Below are positions 47,012 to 56,912 of a stretch of DNA of 64,000 nt, piece after piece. A program made the translations under genes and the position numbers. The notes beneath the pieces are model-generated. The model saw nothing but the letters and a program-made list of their open reading frames with translations. It was not told the DNA's origin and did not search any database. The stretch is from a virus (lineage: Duplodnaviria > Caudoviricetes), in the IMG/VR virus record IMGVR_UViG_3300029913_000001; one strand, written 5' to 3'. How positions within the stretch are numbered: the first letter of the stretch is position 1; every line of letters starts with the position of its first letter.

Positions 47012-47583
47012 ATAATTACTCCAAGCCAGTCTTGAAACCAATATGTTGAAAAAGAATTATAACGAACTGCTGCATATTTTCCATGAAGGTAAACTTCTAC
47101 TCCGGTATGCATAGCAAATCCTAAATCAGTATCTTTAAACTCCAAATCTTTAATAAATTTATCTGTTGACATATTTTGAATTTGAGGAACATTATATTCC
47201 ATTTCTTCTGTTAAATCTCGATATTTGCAATATGTATAATCGAATCCGTTAACTGGAAAAATTACATATAAACTTCCGCCATCGGCGTATGCTATAGCAT
47301 CATTCTCCCGACCCGTGCAAAAAATACTATTTGATCGTAATGCCTTAAACCCGGCCGCTTGTAACTTGTCGTCGATGGCAAATGATAAAAATCTAGGAGT
47401 ATCTCTTGGCAAACGATTTACTGGTGACTCGTCAATTAAATACTTCTCGGAACTCGCTATTCCTCGGTATAAAACTTTTCTATTCTCGCGATACAGCACC
47501 AAAATATCAGAACACTTTTCTTTAATGAAAGAAATTATTGCATCATTACCGCTTCCCGAGTTATTGATTTCTGTTAATCTCAT
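47008..47583 (-). CDS. ALRSNSIFC-family ART-like protein, copy 2
   Basis: MRLTEI leader; LYRGI, ALRSNSIFCT and VEVYLHG motifs. Confidence 0.75.
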   Translation of the reverse strand: MRLTEINNSGSGNDAIISFIKEKCSDILVLYRENRKVLYRGIASSEKYLIDESPVNRLPRDTPRFLSFAIDDKLQAAGFKALRSNSIFCTGRENDAIAYADGGSLYVIFPVNGFDYTYCKYRDLTEEMEYNVPQIQNMSTDKFIKDLEFKDTDLGFAMHTGVEVYLHGKYAAVRYNSFSTYWFQDWLGVII

Positions 47584-48587
47584 ATCTTACCATCGCAGGC
47601 CTTAACAATGTTACTTTGACTCTTACGTCCGATCCGATAAAATTCATCGGCGGTTAACCATTTTGTTTCACTAACTTCAAAACCAGGTTTATCAAAATCT
47701 ACGGGATCGGTTACTTCCCCAATAAAAATAGTCATCTCACTGGTTTCTGTATATCCTGTTATTTCACCTTTCCAACCAATCTTAACGGTGTTAGAAATCA
47801 AATTTGAAGGTCTCAACCCGCATTCTTCGTTTGCTTCTCTAAGCCCTGCTTGCATTTCGTTTTCACCAGCATCAACATGCCCCTTTGCAATCATGGGCTT
47901 GTCCCCACCATACGACGGATCGCTGCTAATAACAAATAACATTCGAGCTACGCCGTTATTATCTCGGTAATACGGAATAAATCCGGCTTTTTTAATTTGG
48001 CTACGATCCCAAGCTTCTTCTAAGTTATTGGACATCGTACCTTTTAATTCACATTCAGCACAACAAAATTTCTGGTCAGTCGAATGAATATTTTTAAATG
48101 TTATTCCACAAACTGGACATTTTTTATCAACTGTTTTATCCGCATTTGCAAATTCATTATACGTTAAACTTTCTTGTACAAGATCCCTCTTTTTCATTTT
48201 ACGCATAAAACCATCTGGGCGATGAAGGAAAGACGAAATGAGATCTTCCTTCTTACTTCCAATATTGCCACCCTCAGCAAATGTATTGGCGATTTCTGTA
48301 GCCGCATTAACTATATCATTCATTGTTAATTTACGAGGTTTTTTTCCTCGCAATTCTTCCCACATTAGATACATAAAATCCGAAGGATCATCATATATCT
48401 CAGCTAATACTTTTTTATTAGTCATATTAATTCTCGAACATCCCATAAATTTTGTACTTAAAATTTTTGATTTCTTGGGCTCAGCACCTAAAATAGGGCC
48501 GAGCTCGTCAACTTTATCTTGTGGCCCGAGCCACTGAGAATTTCTATACGATTTATCAGATCCTAAAATTGTTTTTTTCTTTTTCAC
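47580..48587 (-). CDS. Multi-module protein with C-terminal Nudix hydrolase
   Basis: Nudix box GHVDAGENEMQAGLREANEECGL; CPVC...CCAEC zinc finger; modules separated by LAEI, VQES and LEEA. Confidence 0.8.
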   Translation of the reverse strand: MKKKKTILGSDKSYRNSQWLGPQDKVDELGPILGAEPKKSKILSTKFMGCSRINMTNKKVLAEIYDDPSDFMYLMWEELRGKKPRKLTMNDIVNAATEIANTFAEGGNIGSKKEDLISSFLHRPDGFMRKMKKRDLVQESLTYNEFANADKTVDKKCPVCGITFKNIHSTDQKFCCAECELKGTMSNNLEEAWDRSQIKKAGFIPYYRDNNGVARMLFVISSDPSYGGDKPMIAKGHVDAGENEMQAGLREANEECGLRPSNLISNTVKIGWKGEITGYTETSEMTIFIGEVTDPVDFDKPGFEVSETKWLTADEFYRIGRKSQSNIVKACDGKI

Positions 48588-49525
48588 TATTTCACCAAAC
48601 TTAAAAAGTCAAATCGTCGTCTTGCGGCTTCGTAGCAATCGTTATCTATTGCAATGTAAGCCCCATGCACCCAAACATCTTGCCCTTTACTCAACGCCCA
48701 TGCTAAATCAGTATCATAAAATTCATTCACCCGCATATATTCTTCTACTATATCTGGGTTAGTTGGTTCTAAATTAATCTTTTCGGATATTTTATCAGCC
48801 TCTTCTCTAAATTCTTCAAATATAGGATATTTTTGCACCAAAATATAAAACTCTTTTAATATTTTATTTATTTTGCCGCGGATCTGATAAATCGTATGGT
48901 AATTCTGTATAATAGTACCTATAGTGTAGGCATCTTTTAAAAATTTTTTTACTTTTATATCTGAACTAGCTATCGTATTGAATTGTTTTTTATAAAATGC
49001 AGACTCTAGTATCTGGTCTATTATTAACCTATGCACATGCGTTTTTAATTCAACTAAAGGACATATATACTCTCTGGCAGTAGTCCAGGTCCATCTTTTA
49101 CTATACCCAAAAGTAAATCCGTTAATAGGTAATATTAGAAAAACTCGGCCCCAGGATCCGGCATCAGAAATGCTTGAAGTGCAAAAAATACTATTACTAC
49201 GCAATGCAGTAAATCCAGAAGATGACATACAATAATCTGCATACTTAACGGCCTTCGCGATTTCATCGTTAGCCAAACGCTGTTCGATACTTTTTCGTTT
49301 TGCTGGAGGATATCCCATAAAAATGGTTGATCCACCCGAAACGCCTTTTATCCCTCGATATAGATAATTATCAGATTCTTTTGCATCTTTTAAAAATTCA
49401 GAGCAATTTTTAAAAATCCATTTTTCAATTTTGGCTAGCTCAGTCGCGGCCGAGGTATAGTTAATCGAAGAAAATGTATTCGGCTTCAGCATAGCGGGAT
49501 CCGGCATTAACTCATTTATCAACAT
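48587..49525 (-). CDS. ALRSNSIFC-family ART-like protein, copy 3
   Basis: MLINEL leader; LYRGI, ALRSNSIFCTS and QDVWVHG motifs. Confidence 0.75.
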   Translation of the reverse strand: MLINELMPDPAMLKPNTFSSINYTSAATELAKIEKWIFKNCSEFLKDAKESDNYLYRGIKGVSGGSTIFMGYPPAKRKSIEQRLANDEIAKAVKYADYCMSSSGFTALRSNSIFCTSSISDAGSWGRVFLILPINGFTFGYSKRWTWTTAREYICPLVELKTHVHRLIIDQILESAFYKKQFNTIASSDIKVKKFLKDAYTIGTIIQNYHTIYQIRGKINKILKEFYILVQKYPIFEEFREEADKISEKINLEPTNPDIVEEYMRVNEFYDTDLAWALSKGQDVWVHGAYIAIDNDCYEAARRRFDFLSLVK

Positions 49526-49553
49526 GTTTTACTCCTATTCCCTATATCTTGAT

Positions 49554-50192
49554 TTAGTCGAATTCTTCATTTTCTGGGTTATACTTAACCGGTAGACCCT
49601 TAAAATCATCGGCATTAATTTTGGTTTCTTCATGCTTAATAGCAACATAAGCGCCGTGAATCCAAACATCATAATGATTAATTAATGGCCATTGCAAATT
49701 AGTATTGTATAATTCATTGTAATCTAAAAATTCTTCTACATGTTCTGCATTCATCATTCTAGGACGAATATTATATGCGCACGCATTACAATTAGTAAAA
49801 GCCTTACTATATCCAAATGTAAATCCATTAATAGGATATATTTCATATACCTCTCCCCAAGATCTCGCCGCCCCGGTAAAAGAATTACAAAAAATACTAT
49901 TACTTCGTCGAGCCGGCCATCCCGCTAACTTGAGAAGAAAATCAACCTTCTCCGCGGCCTCTGTTGAATAATATTCAACCGTAGGTCGATTTTCCCTAGA
50001 ATAGCCAATAAAAGATTCTCGGGTTTCGTTCTTAATACCGCGATATAATTTATAATCACCCGCAACAGATAAAAATTCGGAGCAATGCTCAACAATCCAG
50101 GATTGCAATTTATCCGATTTATATCTAGCAAGAGATAATTGCTGTCCGGGTTTTAGCAAATCAACTCGATTTAAAATTTCATTTAACCGCAT
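49554..50192 (-). CDS. ALRSNSIFC-family ART-like protein, copy 4
   Basis: MRLNEI leader at 50192; LYRGI, ARRSNSIFC and YDVWIHG motifs. Confidence 0.75.
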   Translation of the reverse strand: MRLNEILNRVDLLKPGQQLSLARYKSDKLQSWIVEHCSEFLSVAGDYKLYRGIKNETRESFIGYSRENRPTVEYYSTEAAEKVDFLLKLAGWPARRSNSIFCNSFTGAARSWGEVYEIYPINGFTFGYSKAFTNCNACAYNIRPRMMNAEHVEEFLDYNELYNTNLQWPLINHYDVWIHGAYVAIKHEETKINADDFKGLPVKYNPENEEFD

Positions 50193-50364
50193 TTTTTCTC
50201 TTCTTCCTATGTCGTTTAATCGGAGAATAAATTGATGAATTAGGGTCACCGCCAAAAAACTGTCCAGCCGGAGGTGTACCCATTGGGCTATTAACAGTTG
50301 ATATAGATCCAGAGCTTGTTCCCCCGCTTGATCCATTTTCTCGAATTATGTCTTTTATCTTCAT
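50179..50364 (-). CDS. Small Gly/Ser-rich protein with MKIKDIIRE leader
   Basis: ATG at 50364 just after an ATAAATA late promoter; basic C-terminus. Confidence 0.6.
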   Translation of the reverse strand: MKIKDIIRENGSSGGTSSGSISTVNSPMGTPPAGQFFGGDPNSSIYSPIKRHRKKRKNAVK

Positions 50365-50372
50365 ATTAATAT

Positions 50373-50804
50373 TTATCGTTTTATTGTTGAACGAAGGAAC
50401 CAAGCAAATTTTTCTTGGGAATCGATTAATCCTTGCACGAAATTTTGTAACCCTAATTGATCGGGTGCCGATGCGTTAACTTCATTAAGAACTTCTATTA
50501 ATTTTTCATTATCAATCAACAATTCTTGAATCATTTCTTGCGCAGGTAAAATACCAGCAAAATCAGATAACACCGATAATCCCATTATTTGTTGAAGACC
50601 GAGGGGAGTAAAAATATCAAGTGCTCGCATCTCTTCTCCAATCCCATCATAGGCAGTATCAACCGATTCATATATGAGTTGTAATAATTTATGCAATTCA
50701 TAAAATCTCGGGCCAGTAATATTAAAGTGTGCAATATGAACCTTAATTGTATAATGTAACACCGTAGCAGTCGCTACCGCCAGCACTTCCTCTAAATTTT
50801 TCAT
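50373..50804 (-). CDS. dps: Dps/ferritin-like protein
   Basis: HFNITGPRFYELHKLL...D.IGEEMRAL...EKFAWFLRS. Confidence 0.88.
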   Translation of the reverse strand: MKNLEEVLAVATATVLHYTIKVHIAHFNITGPRFYELHKLLQLIYESVDTAYDGIGEEMRALDIFTPLGLQQIMGLSVLSDFAGILPAQEMIQELLIDNEKLIEVLNEVNASAPDQLGLQNFVQGLIDSQEKFAWFLRSTIKR

Positions 50805-50889
50805 TTAATCTCCTATTTTGAAAATTGAATCTTCTGCTTTTCATTTAATTTAGAACTAATCTTCCAATGTTTTAATTGTATATTCGGCA

Positions 50890-51153
50890 TCATGCCAGTT
50901 GCCCATCCTTGGCATCCATAATTTTAATAACTCTGGATAATATTTCAGTTTTTATGTCAGAGTTATTCCAATCTTTATCAACAAACAGATAAAATGGTTT
51001 CCACTTATTACCAATTATTTGCATGATTACCGTACCAATTTCCCCAAAACCTTTACAATACCCAGATAATACATACACCGAAATTTTTGAACCGTTAGTT
51101 AATTTTCCAGTCCATTTAATTTTGTTCGAATTGTTAATTTCATTTACTCGCAT
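50890..51153 (-). CDS. Small protein with MRVNEI leader
   Basis: Leader motif; intact ORF in the operon. Confidence 0.5.
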   Translation of the reverse strand: MRVNEINNSNKIKWTGKLTNGSKISVYVLSGYCKGFGEIGTVIMQIIGNKWKPFYLFVDKDWNNSDIKTEILSRVIKIMDAKDGQLA

Positions 51154-51179
51154 AGTTATACTGCTTTTAAAATTTCTGA

Positions 51180-52232
51180 TTATTTCTTTAGACCAAAATA
51201 TTTACATAATAATTTGTCATAATTAATTTCTAGAATATCCTGTCTAATTGCTACATAATGCCCACAAATACATACCTCATTCCTCGTTTTCATTGCTTGA
51301 TCAAGATTATTAGTACGTATGTTATGATATTTTAAAAAATTATTTGATTGTTGCTTACGATCACTTGCCTGCATAATAAGTTTGTACGCGGTTTTTATGT
51401 TGGCGGATGAAATTGAATTCAACTTATATTTTTTAGCAATCTTGCAATAGGTATCTAACGTTGTTTTAATTTTTAATAATTCTTTATTCATGCTAGCTAA
51501 GACATCGGCTGTGTCGTAGGCATCAAAAAATCTAGCATCTGACCAATATTCTTCAATACTTTCTATTATTCTACCGTCCGTTCTTGATAGTTCGGAAAAA
51601 TCTGGAAAGGCTACGGAAAAACTCCTCAATAAAGTTAATAATTTTTTAAATTCTATATTGCTATCAATTATATCATCCACAGATATTTCCCAATCTTCAT
51701 GCTTACTCCAGGTATATGAAAATCCATCACAAGGAAAAATACAAAATATATGCCCATAACCATCTGCACCCAGACTGTTACTTATACAAAAAATACTATT
51801 TGATCGTATTGCCTTACAACCACCAAGCGATAATAATTCATCCACATTTTTTTGAATTTTTTTCGGAGTATCCAATGGACGTCTATTCAATCGTGAAGCA
51901 CCTATAAAATAAACCGTTTTGGGATCTATATCTCGTGATCCGCGATATAATAATGAACTTGATTTTTTCATGTATCTTAAATATTCACTACAATTCTCCT
52001 CTATAAATCGGCAAACTTTTAAAAATCGAAGTTTATCTTTATCCCGCATTGATGCGGGATAAAGATTTAGCAATATTTTCTTGCTAGGCGTTAAATTTGC
52101 ACTAAATAAGTCGCCTTCTACCGTTGATCCCGGTTTTAATTTCTTATAATTTTTCATAGGTAATTTACCCACTCTCTTAATCTTTTTCGTGATTTTAATC
52201 TCAGTTATCTTATTGTATGAATTAATAATCAT
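51180..52232 (-). CDS. ALRSNSIFC-family ART-like protein, copy 5, with helical insertion
   Basis: LLYRGS, AIRSNSIFC, YGHIFCIFP and NEVCICG motifs; start uncertain. Confidence 0.7.
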   Translation of the reverse strand: MIINSYNKITEIKITKKIKRVGKLPMKNYKKLKPGSTVEGDLFSANLTPSKKILLNLYPASMRDKDKLRFLKVCRFIEENCSEYLRYMKKSSSLLYRGSRDIDPKTVYFIGASRLNRRPLDTPKKIQKNVDELLSLGGCKAIRSNSIFCISNSLGADGYGHIFCIFPCDGFSYTWSKHEDWEISVDDIIDSNIEFKKLLTLLRSFSVAFPDFSELSRTDGRIIESIEEYWSDARFFDAYDTADVLASMNKELLKIKTTLDTYCKIAKKYKLNSISSANIKTAYKLIMQASDRKQQSNNFLKYHNIRTNNLDQAMKTRNEVCICGHYVAIRQDILEINYDKLLCKYFGLKK

Positions 52233-53826
52233 TTTTAGCAATTCTCTCATTTTTATTAACAGATTCATTAAAATCATTTGCTGCTCTCTGCCGATAATCA
52301 GTTGGCACATTAATTGTCTTCTTACCATGACAATATACGCATTTTTTCTTCTTGCCATTTATTAATGTAAATCCTTTTCCATCGCATCGAAGGCAAGTTA
52401 GCTGCGCTTCACTTATCTCTAAACCCGGAGTATCATTGGAGTTTATTACTTCATTCATCCCAATTTTAATTATTTTATCGAGTAAGGTTTTATTATTTAA
52501 TGCCACAGCTATATATTTTCCATGAATATAAACCTCAAACATTTTATTCAATGCATCGGTTAAAAAAAGATTAGTAAAACCATATGTTTGTGTGAATTCC
52601 CTGGCCGGCATATTAATCGAATCATTAACAAATGAATTATCACTATAAGTATTGTCTTCATTAAACAAAACGTAGTGTAATCCAAATTTTCCTGTTAAGT
52701 CAAGTGCTCTTCTACACCAGGTATATGAAAATCCATTTAAAGGAAAAATAACATATACTTTTCCGTGATTAGTCTTATCATGATCATTACTATAATTACT
52801 GGCAATCAACTTATCCGACGTACAAAAAATACTATTTGATCGTAATGCAGTAAATCCAACTTTGGATAATGCCGAATCCAATAATTCCGATGCTTTCTCA
52901 TTTGAATCTACCGGCATACGATTTTTAACTTCTTTCCCAAATAAAATAGGTTCGACCGAATGAATACCACGATATAAAAAATCATGATCTTTATAAATTT
53001 GCAAAATATCTGTGCAATTAGTTTTAATAAATCTAACTATTCTATCTTCTTGATTAGGCGTCATACTTTCTTTTAAACTTTTAAAATATTCGACCTCGCC
53101 TTCATGTTTTGCGTCAGCTCTATGACTATCAAAAGTTCCGAGATTCTTACCTTTATGGGAAAGCAATCGATATTTTCCATTCTTTAATTTAACAATATGT
53201 TCGTCTAATTTTGGCGGGGATAATAATACTCGATCGAGTATTACTTTTATTTTATTAACTTTCGTAGATTTAGGGTATAACTCTTGAATGATTTGATATC
53301 TGTCTGTTTCAGAGCCGTTTGCATACATTTCACGAATCTTACTAGCAGAGCTAATATTCTGGCCAAGTATTTTATATTGTATTGCTGGAACAACTACATA
53401 ATAGGCATGCTTATCAAATGTCTGCAATGGAGTAGTAGATGAAACTGGATATGGCTGCATATACGAAAGTTCCCCATTTTTCTTAATAGGAGAACCAAGG
53501 CGATCTCGATCTTTCGATGATAAACCAAAAATTAAAACGGTATTTGCTGAATCATATTTTCCAGTTATTTCGGTAGATTTATACGGACTTACTACTTCAA
53601 CAAATTTATCTTCAGGAACTCCTGCTTGCGCAGCTAAAAATCTCTTCTCTGCAAATGAAAATGGTCGCTCAGACATTTTATTTGAACTAGCCACATATAA
53701 ATCTGCCTTTGGAAATTTATTTTTAAGATAATTATATACTGCGGTATGCCCAGCCGACCATGGGTGAAATCCACCGGGAAATATGCAGAGCTCGTGATAT
53801 CTAGTTTCAAATTCAGAAAGAAGCAT
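52222..53826 (-). CDS. Polyprotein-like fusion: HIGH-type nucleotidyltransferase + small basic domain + ALRSNSIFC ART-like domain (copy 6) + zinc finger
   Basis: IFPGGFHPWSAGH; EHIVKLKNGKYRLLSHKGKNLGT; LYRGI/ALRSNSIFCTS/FEVYIHG; CLRCDGKG...CVYCHG. Confidence 0.75.
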   Translation of the reverse strand: MLLSEFETRYHELCIFPGGFHPWSAGHTAVYNYLKNKFPKADLYVASSNKMSERPFSFAEKRFLAAQAGVPEDKFVEVVSPYKSTEITGKYDSANTVLIFGLSSKDRDRLGSPIKKNGELSYMQPYPVSSTTPLQTFDKHAYYVVVPAIQYKILGQNISSASKIREMYANGSETDRYQIIQELYPKSTKVNKIKVILDRVLLSPPKLDEHIVKLKNGKYRLLSHKGKNLGTFDSHRADAKHEGEVEYFKSLKESMTPNQEDRIVRFIKTNCTDILQIYKDHDFLYRGIHSVEPILFGKEVKNRMPVDSNEKASELLDSALSKVGFTALRSNSIFCTSDKLIASNYSNDHDKTNHGKVYVIFPLNGFSYTWCRRALDLTGKFGLHYVLFNEDNTYSDNSFVNDSINMPAREFTQTYGFTNLFLTDALNKMFEVYIHGKYIAVALNNKTLLDKIIKIGMNEVINSNDTPGLEISEAQLTCLRCDGKGFTLINGKKKKCVYCHGKKTINVPTDYRQRAANDFNESVNKNERIAKNDY

Positions 53827-53836
53827 TTATAAATCC

Positions 53837-54805
53837 TCAGTTATATTTATGAAAGAATGGCCCAAGAATAAGATCCCCTTCCTGTGAATACAATTCTTTA
53901 TTAATTTGTAAAATCCATTCAGGCGCAATGTTCTTTCTTCTATAATTTTTTAAAAATAAATGTGTTTCTATCGGAATATCACCGTAAACCTGCAATACAC
54001 CTAGCATTCGATGTCTACCTTCATGATCTATAACTTTAGCTGCACTTCTAAAATTTAAGTCTTCCCAGTTACTCGGAATTTGGATACTTAAAAATGGGCT
54101 TCCAATAGAATTACCATTTTTAATATATTCTCGCATATTATCTACCGAATCAGAAAAATGTGAGAAAGACGGTGTCAATGACAAAAATGAGCTCGGCTTC
54201 ATTGCTACCCGCAACCCAAAATAATCTATATCTTCATTATTGGGAGTTGCACCGGCACCTCTCTTATTATCTATTTTAACTTCCTCAGATATATTCTTTG
54301 AAAATATTTTTGATAACTTTTTAAATGTATTTTTAACGCCCGAATCTTCGTATAATATTCCGATTCCACCCGCAACATTCCAGGATTTAATATTATCATC
54401 CAAATCGTCGATTAATATATTACTATTCCCAACGTATTCATCTTTATTAAAAGCAAAAATAGCGGGAATACCCCCTAAACCATTCTTTTTTAACCATAAC
54501 TTTTTCCCTGCTATACATTCTTCTGTATTAGGAGGGCCCACGGGACGGCTTAAAAAAATATATGGAATTTTTCTATTGTCGAACCAAGCTAATAATTTTT
54601 TTCCATTTGGCATCCATTCTAAATTTGCAAAGAATTTCTTAATGTCGCCGTTATTAATAACATTGCTCCAATACTTATTGTTCCATCCATAGGATTCAAA
54701 TTCCTCTAGCGTAAGATGATTAAAATCAGCCGCGCCCTTAGCACAATCTGCCAGACACCCATCTAGATCTATAAATACTTTGCGTTCGATTTCAGAAATT
54801 CTCAT
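53837..54805 (-). CDS. Fusion of HAD 5'(3')-deoxyribonucleotidase-like and ParB-like domains
   Basis: FIDLDGCLAD and ILIDD (HAD); linker ISEE; DHEGRHR (ParB-like); late promoter near 54811. Confidence 0.75.
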   Translation of the reverse strand: MRISEIERKVFIDLDGCLADCAKGAADFNHLTLEEFESYGWNNKYWSNVINNGDIKKFFANLEWMPNGKKLLAWFDNRKIPYIFLSRPVGPPNTEECIAGKKLWLKKNGLGGIPAIFAFNKDEYVGNSNILIDDLDDNIKSWNVAGGIGILYEDSGVKNTFKKLSKIFSKNISEEVKIDNKRGAGATPNNEDIDYFGLRVAMKPSSFLSLTPSFSHFSDSVDNMREYIKNGNSIGSPFLSIQIPSNWEDLNFRSAAKVIDHEGRHRMLGVLQVYGDIPIETHLFLKNYRRKNIAPEWILQINKELYSQEGDLILGPFFHKYN

Positions 54806-54841
54806 ATTAATATTTATCCAATAACTCGATTAGCAACAAAT

Positions 54842-54874
54842 AAAAAGCCTATCATGATTCATGATAGGCTTTTT
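54842..54874 (-). terminator. Intrinsic terminator
   Basis: AAAAAGCCTATCATGA-T-TCATGATAGGCTTTTT. Confidence 0.85.
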
Positions 54875-54893
54875 ATACTGTTATTTTTACTTT

Positions 54894-55094
54894 TTATCGA
54901 TCAAAAATTCGAGCTAATGTACAATCAATAGCTTGAAACGCGGAAATTCGATTAATATCATTAGTGTCAGTCGAAGTTACTACATTAATTAAACTTAATG
55001 CCATCTTTTCAGCTCGAGTTAGTTCACTGTCATTTAATGTCCCACTAGTCGGCAATACCTTAATTAACGCATCTTGTAACACGCTTTGTTCCAT
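54894..55094 (-). CDS. Small hypothetical protein
   Basis: AGGAG RBS. Confidence 0.5.
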   Translation of the reverse strand: MEQSVLQDALIKVLPTSGTLNDSELTRAEKMALSLINVVTSTDTNDINRISAFQAIDCTLARIFDR

Positions 55095-55095
55095 A

Positions 55096-55983
55096 TTATT
55101 CTCCTATTTTAATTGGTGTAGCTTTAGTTTCAATGTATTTGGCCAAGGCCACCAAATCTGGCTTAAGAGCAAGCATGGACTCTTCGTCCTTTGTTTCATC
55201 TTGGCGAGACGCGATTCTCGGCGTCAATTGTGGGTTTGCCTCTAGAGAAAGACCCATAGATTTATATAAATTAGTTGGATCTCCCGGGAAAACAAAAGTG
55301 CCGCAATGATTTAGTCGTATAGATGGGTCAGCAAAAATTTCGCCGCCAATTGCTCTGTAACGACAACAGAAAAGCCAATCCTCGGAAAGATATTCTTTTG
55401 TATCAGGGCTAATAGAGCAATCAAATAACGCATAGCAGAATGGATTGAACTTTGGATCTAGTCCGATATTATTAGTAAACTTTGTGTGTGGATAAGATAC
55501 CATCATCTTATTAAAAACTTCCCGTTTAATAAGCATGAACCCCGTACCCAAACGACTGACAGGAATTAATCCATCAACTGATTGTAATTTACCATCCGCG
55601 GCTACATTTTCAGGAGATACATTAACAACAAAATCGGTAGGGAGATTTTTCTTGCTATATAATCCGCCAACAATATCTTTATCGTACAGCAGAAGCTTAA
55701 AAATATATTCTGGCTCAAATCCAATATCTGAATCAATAAAAAGCAGATGGGTTGCTACAGAATTCTCTAAAAACTTCGCAACGAGATGATTACGACCGCG
55801 CGGAATTAGGCTTTCGTTAATCATAGTGTCTAGTGACAACGGTAATCCAATTTTTTGCGCATACATGAAAAATTTAATTAATGATGTCGCGGTTTCTGTG
55901 AACATCATGCCGGCATAGCATGGCAGTGCAATTTGCAAATGCATTTTTCTAAGAGCTTCAGCTTGTTCTTGCGTAATATTCAT
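55096..55983 (-). CDS. GT-A fold glycosyltransferase-like protein
   Basis: IALPCY, ESLIPRGRN, LLFIDSDI, GTGFMLIKR and LSEDWLFC motifs. Confidence 0.75.
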   Translation of the reverse strand: MNITQEQAEALRKMHLQIALPCYAGMMFTETATSLIKFFMYAQKIGLPLSLDTMINESLIPRGRNHLVAKFLENSVATHLLFIDSDIGFEPEYIFKLLLYDKDIVGGLYSKKNLPTDFVVNVSPENVAADGKLQSVDGLIPVSRLGTGFMLIKREVFNKMMVSYPHTKFTNNIGLDPKFNPFCYALFDCSISPDTKEYLSEDWLFCCRYRAIGGEIFADPSIRLNHCGTFVFPGDPTNLYKSMGLSLEANPQLTPRIASRQDETKDEESMLALKPDLVALAKYIETKATPIKIGE

Positions 55984-56048
55984 TCTAATCCTTTGTAAAT
56001 CTAGAATTTGTTCTTAATCGCGATTTAAACCCCAGTCATATCTTTCAT

Positions 56049-56312
56049 TTAAAATTTTCTTAGCTTCGGCCCATTTTCTCTCTCAGCATCAGGAACTCCC
56101 GAAATAGAATGCCAGCTAGCGTTCCATCTAGTTGCTGTATCATACGCCGATAAACAATCCAATAGATAATTAGCCAGAATAAAATCAGGAGTGTTAGTTG
56201 AGTTATCAATTGAAAATGTATTAAGAAGATCGGTTAGAGATCGAATTAACGAGGTTTCATTCGATTTTTCGCAGAACCCACTTGCGCAGGTATCTTTATT
56301 ACAATCACACAT
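56049..56312 (-). CDS. Small hypothetical protein
   Basis: SIDNSTNTPDFILANYL; AGGA RBS. Confidence 0.55.
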   Translation of the reverse strand: MCDCNKDTCASGFCEKSNETSLIRSLTDLLNTFSIDNSTNTPDFILANYLLDCLSAYDTATRWNASWHSISGVPDAERENGPKLRKF

Positions 56313-56321
56313 ATAATTTTC

Positions 56322-56747
56322 CTAATAAGATAATTTTATTGACGATAGAATGCCGTCGGAAATATTTGAAACATTTGCGCGTAGCCAGGCATATTGGCCA
56401 GTAATTGTGTAAAAGGTATTTGTATTATTTGAAATAAAATTCGGTGTGCCAACAACTGATAAATTGTTATAAAATACTAGTTGCTCGTCTGAATCACCGG
56501 TAATTGTATTTGTCAAAGGAATACTTACCCAGGGACCGGAAGAAGAATCCCTGGATAAACTTGCTTCAATTACAATGTTCCCGGTAAAATTAGTAGTCTG
56601 AATTTGCATAGTTTGAAAACCACCGGCTTTTAGAGAAAGGCCAGCAGCTTTAACGGGTTCAGATATATGAGTTGGTTTTTTACTTTCATTACCAACGCCG
56701 CCGCGAAAATCTAATCCCGAAACCATTACAATTCCAAAATCTGTCAT
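56322..56747 (-). CDS. Hypothetical beta-rich protein
   Basis: Intact ORF; FTGNIVIEASL...WLRA. Confidence 0.6.
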   Translation of the reverse strand: MTDFGIVMVSGLDFRGGVGNESKKPTHISEPVKAAGLSLKAGGFQTMQIQTTNFTGNIVIEASLSRDSSSGPWVSIPLTNTITGDSDEQLVFYNNLSVVGTPNFISNNTNTFYTITGQYAWLRANVSNISDGILSSIKLSY

Positions 56748-56911
56748 CGACTAACTTCTACCAATATAGTTGCATCTTCTAATAGTCCCTCTACCGCGGC
56801 CTGCAATGTTTCGATCTGATCATCCGAAATCATTTCGTGAGGATCGTTATCATTATCACGAAGTATGGTCGATAAAGTAATTGTAATGTTTTCATCTAAA
56901 ATTTTTGCCAT
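56744..56911 (-). CDS. Small hypothetical protein
   Basis: MAKILDENITITLS after AGGAG. Confidence 0.55.
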   Translation of the reverse strand: MAKILDENITITLSTILRDNDNDPHEMISDDQIETLQAAVEGLLEDATILVEVSR

Positions 56912-56912
56912 G

